DNA of 63,650 nucleotides, filler included, from Reticulomyxa filosa (taxonomy: Eukaryota; Protista; Foraminifera): the NCBI GenBank assembly GCA_000512085.1. It is 22 parts of 22 records of this genome, joined end to end, with 100 filler letters (N's around TTAATTAATTAA, not from the genome) between each part and the next. Parts side by side here need not be neighbours in the genome. Positions count along the whole stretch, not along the records: positions 62,391 to 63,650 come from ASPP01003805.1; 21 more parts are not named here. One strand, 5' to 3'. The stretch's first letter is position 1, and the number at the start of each line of letters is the position of its first letter. A program made the translations under genes and the position numbers. Shown here in pieces: positions 62,689-63,650 of the stretch. A model generated the notes under the pieces. The model was not told the origin of the DNA, searched no databases, and was given only the letters and a program-made list of their open reading frames with translations.

Positions 62689-63547
62689 ATGGATCAATCT
62701 GACAAAACGGATATAAAACCCAAATGGAACGAATTTGGAGCTTTTCTTTTCTATTCTACGCAATACGTGCTGTTCTCGGTCGGCCTAAGTGTACTGAATA
62801 AAGTCCTGTTGGGAGAATTCCGACACCCCTTGTTTCTGCTTACCGTAATTTGGGAGGGAAAAAAGTCTACAAAAAAAGAGTGATGAAAGAAAGTCAATGA
62901 CCTTTTTTCTCTTTTTTTTTTTTTTTTTTGGAATAGTGCCAATTCTTTTTTTTACTTTGCATGTCATGCATACTGGTGTGTACATTTCGAAAAACATTGG
63001 CGCATTCACGTTTTGGATTGGCACAATTTCATTCTCTGAGTTGAGTAGCTATAGCCGATTACAAAAAAATAAAAAAAATAAAGTAGGAAGCGTGCCAACA
63101 AAAAAAAGCATTGTGTGTTTGAATGAACAGTTGGATAACGAAACTGATTCCCATAGGAGTGTTTTTTGGAGCAGACATTATATTTTATACTATCGCAATC
63201 TCCAATGGGCCAATTGCTTTTGTGGAAATGATCAAAGCAGGAATGCCAACATTGGTGCTCGTTGTCAAGTTCGTTTCTTTTAAATAATATTTACAAGCAT
63301 ATATAGTATATATACATTTATACATACATAAGTATATAATATAATATATACATATACTTAATGTATAAATAACTAATTTTTTTTTTTACAACCAAAAAAA
63401 AAAAATTTGACAGCTATGTCGTCGGCGACTCGCAACACATAACTCAAAGTAAATCAATATCGATTTTAATCCTAACGATTGGTCAAATTATAATTTCTGT
63501 TGCGGATAAGCAATTCACTTTCACATGCTTTTTTGCGGCGCTTGTTT
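62689..63547 (+). CDS. Triose-phosphate/nucleotide-sugar transporter (TPT/SLC35) family, 3'-truncated
   Basis: FSVGLSVLNKVLL..FRHPLFLLT; LIPIGVFFGADI..IAFVEMIKAGMP; further TM exon at ~63413-63547. Confidence 0.85.
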
Positions 63548-63611
63548 GTACGTATACTGTATTGTTTTTTGTTTGCTGACTTTGGAAAGGGGGAGCTGAC
63601 AAACTGAACAA

Positions 63612-63650
<39 letters not shown>

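Overview
AT-rich eukaryotic (protist) genomic DNA, not prokaryotic. The window is about 22 short contigs joined by 21 artificial 100-bp linkers (N44-TTAATTAATTAA-N44), so adjacency across linkers is not evidence of synteny. Low GC, microsatellite- and homopolymer-rich introns and SAM, NACHT and TPR families with many relics are consistent with a rhizarian/foraminiferan such as Reticulomyxa; this is inference only. Recognisable intron-containing genes: Rab6, a Golgi-type sulfotransferase, an ING N-terminal-like protein, a Tweety homolog head-to-head with LMBRD2, a single-pass receptor with a bacterial-like repeat ectodomain and a SAM domain, a UBA protein, a TKL kinase, a BIG/Sec7 Arf-GEF, a TPR protein, gamma-glutamyl hydrolase, SAM/coiled-coil, RPEL and DysF proteins, synapsin, a GPCR-PIPK-type 7TM receptor, DUS3 and a TPT/SLC35 transporter. 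Degenerate NACHT, PA200, NDR kinase and formin copies and a LINE reverse transcriptase relic are also present. The main cross-gene pattern is intron design. Many introns have GTT donors, a U-tract upstream and an A-tract (not a pyrimidine tract) at or near the AG; others are filled with self-complementary TA/TACG repeats. Both suggest splicing guided by RNA folding. Other candidates: a WH2/thymosin-synapsin fusion, a perfect 46-bp palindrome, and an identical 15-mer upstream of unlinked endomembrane genes.
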